Source: Prasinococcaceae sp. CCMP 1430 (Eukaryota; Plantae; Prasinodermophyta). Taken from it: 64,000 nt of DNA. Where the stretch lies: the NCBI GenBank assembly GCA_013416795.1, contig RQSC01000520.1, positions 12,046-76,045 of the forward strand. The letters run 5' to 3'. The translations under genes and the position numbers were made by a program. This document shows positions 62,436 through 64,000 of this stretch, in pieces. The notes under the pieces were generated by a model. It ran no database searches. It saw nothing but the letters and a program-made list of their open reading frames with translations, and was not told the DNA's origin. Position 1 is the stretch's first letter; every line of letters starts with the position of its first letter.

Positions 62436-63960
62436 TTAGGGCGCCTTGTTGCCTACCGCTCGGTCCTGGCGCTCGACGCGCACCCGCCCCCGTTTCTGCG
62501 GATGTCCGCGGTGCTGCCGGCCGCGCGCTGGTAGCACAGAGAAGGGCCCATTCTTCTCGGCAGAGTCGGCGCGCTCGACAACCACAAAGCCGTCCGAGCG
62601 CATGCGTGCGAGTGCAGCTTCGAGTGCGTCGCCGTCCGCCTTGCCGAGCTCGTACGTGTCGGCCTCCCACGCGGGCGCCAGCGCCTGTGTGCCCGCAGCT
62701 GCCTCCCCCTTTGCCTGCGCCTGGTCGCGTGCGCGGCTCTGCGCGCGCGCGCGCTCGAGCTTGACGAAGGGCACGAAAGAGCGGCCGTTGGGCCGATAGC
62801 CCCTGCCGGGCATCGCGCGCAGGTGCGCCCACGCGCGCACCACCTCGCCCTTGGAGCACCAGCCATCGATCAGCGTGTTGTGCGCCTTCGGACGGCGGCG
62901 GAGCGAGTCAGCGGCGTCGCCTGGGTGCGCGTCGTGACGAGCGAACACTCCACGCGCGTGGACGGGTTGCGCGTGCGCGGGCCCATCGAAGCTCGAAGCG
63001 CGCGCGCGCGCATGCACGCACCTGCAGATCGGCCGCCACGCCCGCGTCGCGCATCTGCTCGAGAGTGAACTCGGCGGCGCTCATGTCGCCTTCGCGGCAG
63101 TAGTGCGCCATGAGCGTGGAGAACGAGACCACGTTGGGCGAGAGTCCCGCCTGCTGCATCTCGGCCAGTGCGCGCTCGGCACCAGCGATGTCGCCGACGT
63201 GACACCGCGCCTGCGCGCGCGGCGCATTGTTCGCGCGGCGCGGGGTACGGGCAGCGTGTCAGCGCGCGCATCGTACGCCAGCGCTCGCGACACGCTCGAG
63301 CGCGCCGGTGCACGGGCAGACGCATCGAGGTGGCGCGCGCGAGCGCGCGCGCACCCGAATGAGCGTGTTGAAGGTCACAACGTCCGGAGCGACGCCCGCG
63401 CGTTCCATGTCCGCCAGCGTCTCATCCAGCGCTCGCACGTCGCGCGCATCGCCGTGCGCGCGCAGCAACACGTTGAACGAGACGACGGTAGGCGGCGGTA
63501 CGCCGTCGGCTCCCATGCGCGCGAGCAGGGCGCGCGCGCTGCGGACGTCGCCCCTGTCGCAGCACCACGCGATGACCGCGTTGTAGCTCACCGCATCGGC
63601 CTGCACGCCGGCCACGCGCATCTCCTCCACGGCTGCGAACGCGGCGGAGCCCTCGCCTCGCGCCGAGTGCCACCGGAAGAGGGTCGTGTACGTCACCACG
63701 TCGCGCGCCACCCCGGCGGCCGCCATGTCGCGCAGCGTTTCGTCCACGGCAGGCCCATCGCCGGCATCGACCGCGCCTTTGAGCAGCGTGTTGAAGGTCC
63801 ACGCGTCTGGCTCCACGCCTCGCTCGGCCATGTGCGCCAGCACGGCGCGCGCGCCGGCCAGGTCGCCTCGCACGCACTTGTCGCGCAGCGACTTGTTGTA
63901 CGCGAGCACGCGCCGCGACGAGCCGGCGGCGGCGGCGTTCCCGATGGGGGGGGTGGTCTG
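62436..63960 (-). CDS. Pentatricopeptide-repeat (P-type PPR) protein, about 8 repeats, multi-exon; 5' end probably outside the window
   Basis: 35-aa repeats: PDAWTFNTLL, RDVVTYTTL, ADAVSYNAVI, PTVVSFNVLL, PDVVTFNTLI, PNVVSFSTLM, AHNTLIDGWC. Confidence 0.9.
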
Positions 63961-64000
63961 TTCCGAATCGGGGAACGGGTGCTAATCGCCGCGCGCCGCC

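Overview
Eukaryotic, very GC-rich, gene-dense nuclear DNA with short GT-AG introns (donors often GTGCGC/GTGCGT, branch-like GCTGAC, (GC)n tracts). Plant-type genes (DEX1, CPL4, group-A bZIP, TRFL Myb, shaggy/GSK3, DUF1997, DUF4336) point to a green alga; a prasinophyte-grade lineage such as Prasinoderma is my inference, not demonstrated. About 25 protein-coding genes are supportable. I found no rRNA, tRNA, CRISPR array or intact transposon. Most notable: (1) a two-exon gene fusing an intact RNase HI domain to a Shiftless (SHFL/RyDEN/C19orf66)-like zinc-binding domain, a candidate algal antiviral or anti-retroelement factor; (2) a kynurenine 3-monooxygenase-ASPDH fusion transcribed divergently from an ALDH8A1-like gene, a kynurenine-pathway mini-cluster linking the orphan enzyme ASPDH to 2-aminomuconate metabolism; (3) a ~0.63 kb foreign insert (bacterial DUF2182 fragment plus AT-rich plastid accD fragment) at an eIF4G intron acceptor, either real capture or chimeric assembly; (4) further unusual architectures: CE6 esterase-GT2, DEX1 with a WW insertion, YqaJ nuclease with a RecG-N-like domain, and a sphingolipid desaturase/endoglycoceramidase head-to-head pair. 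All family assignments come from motif recognition by eye; no database search was run.
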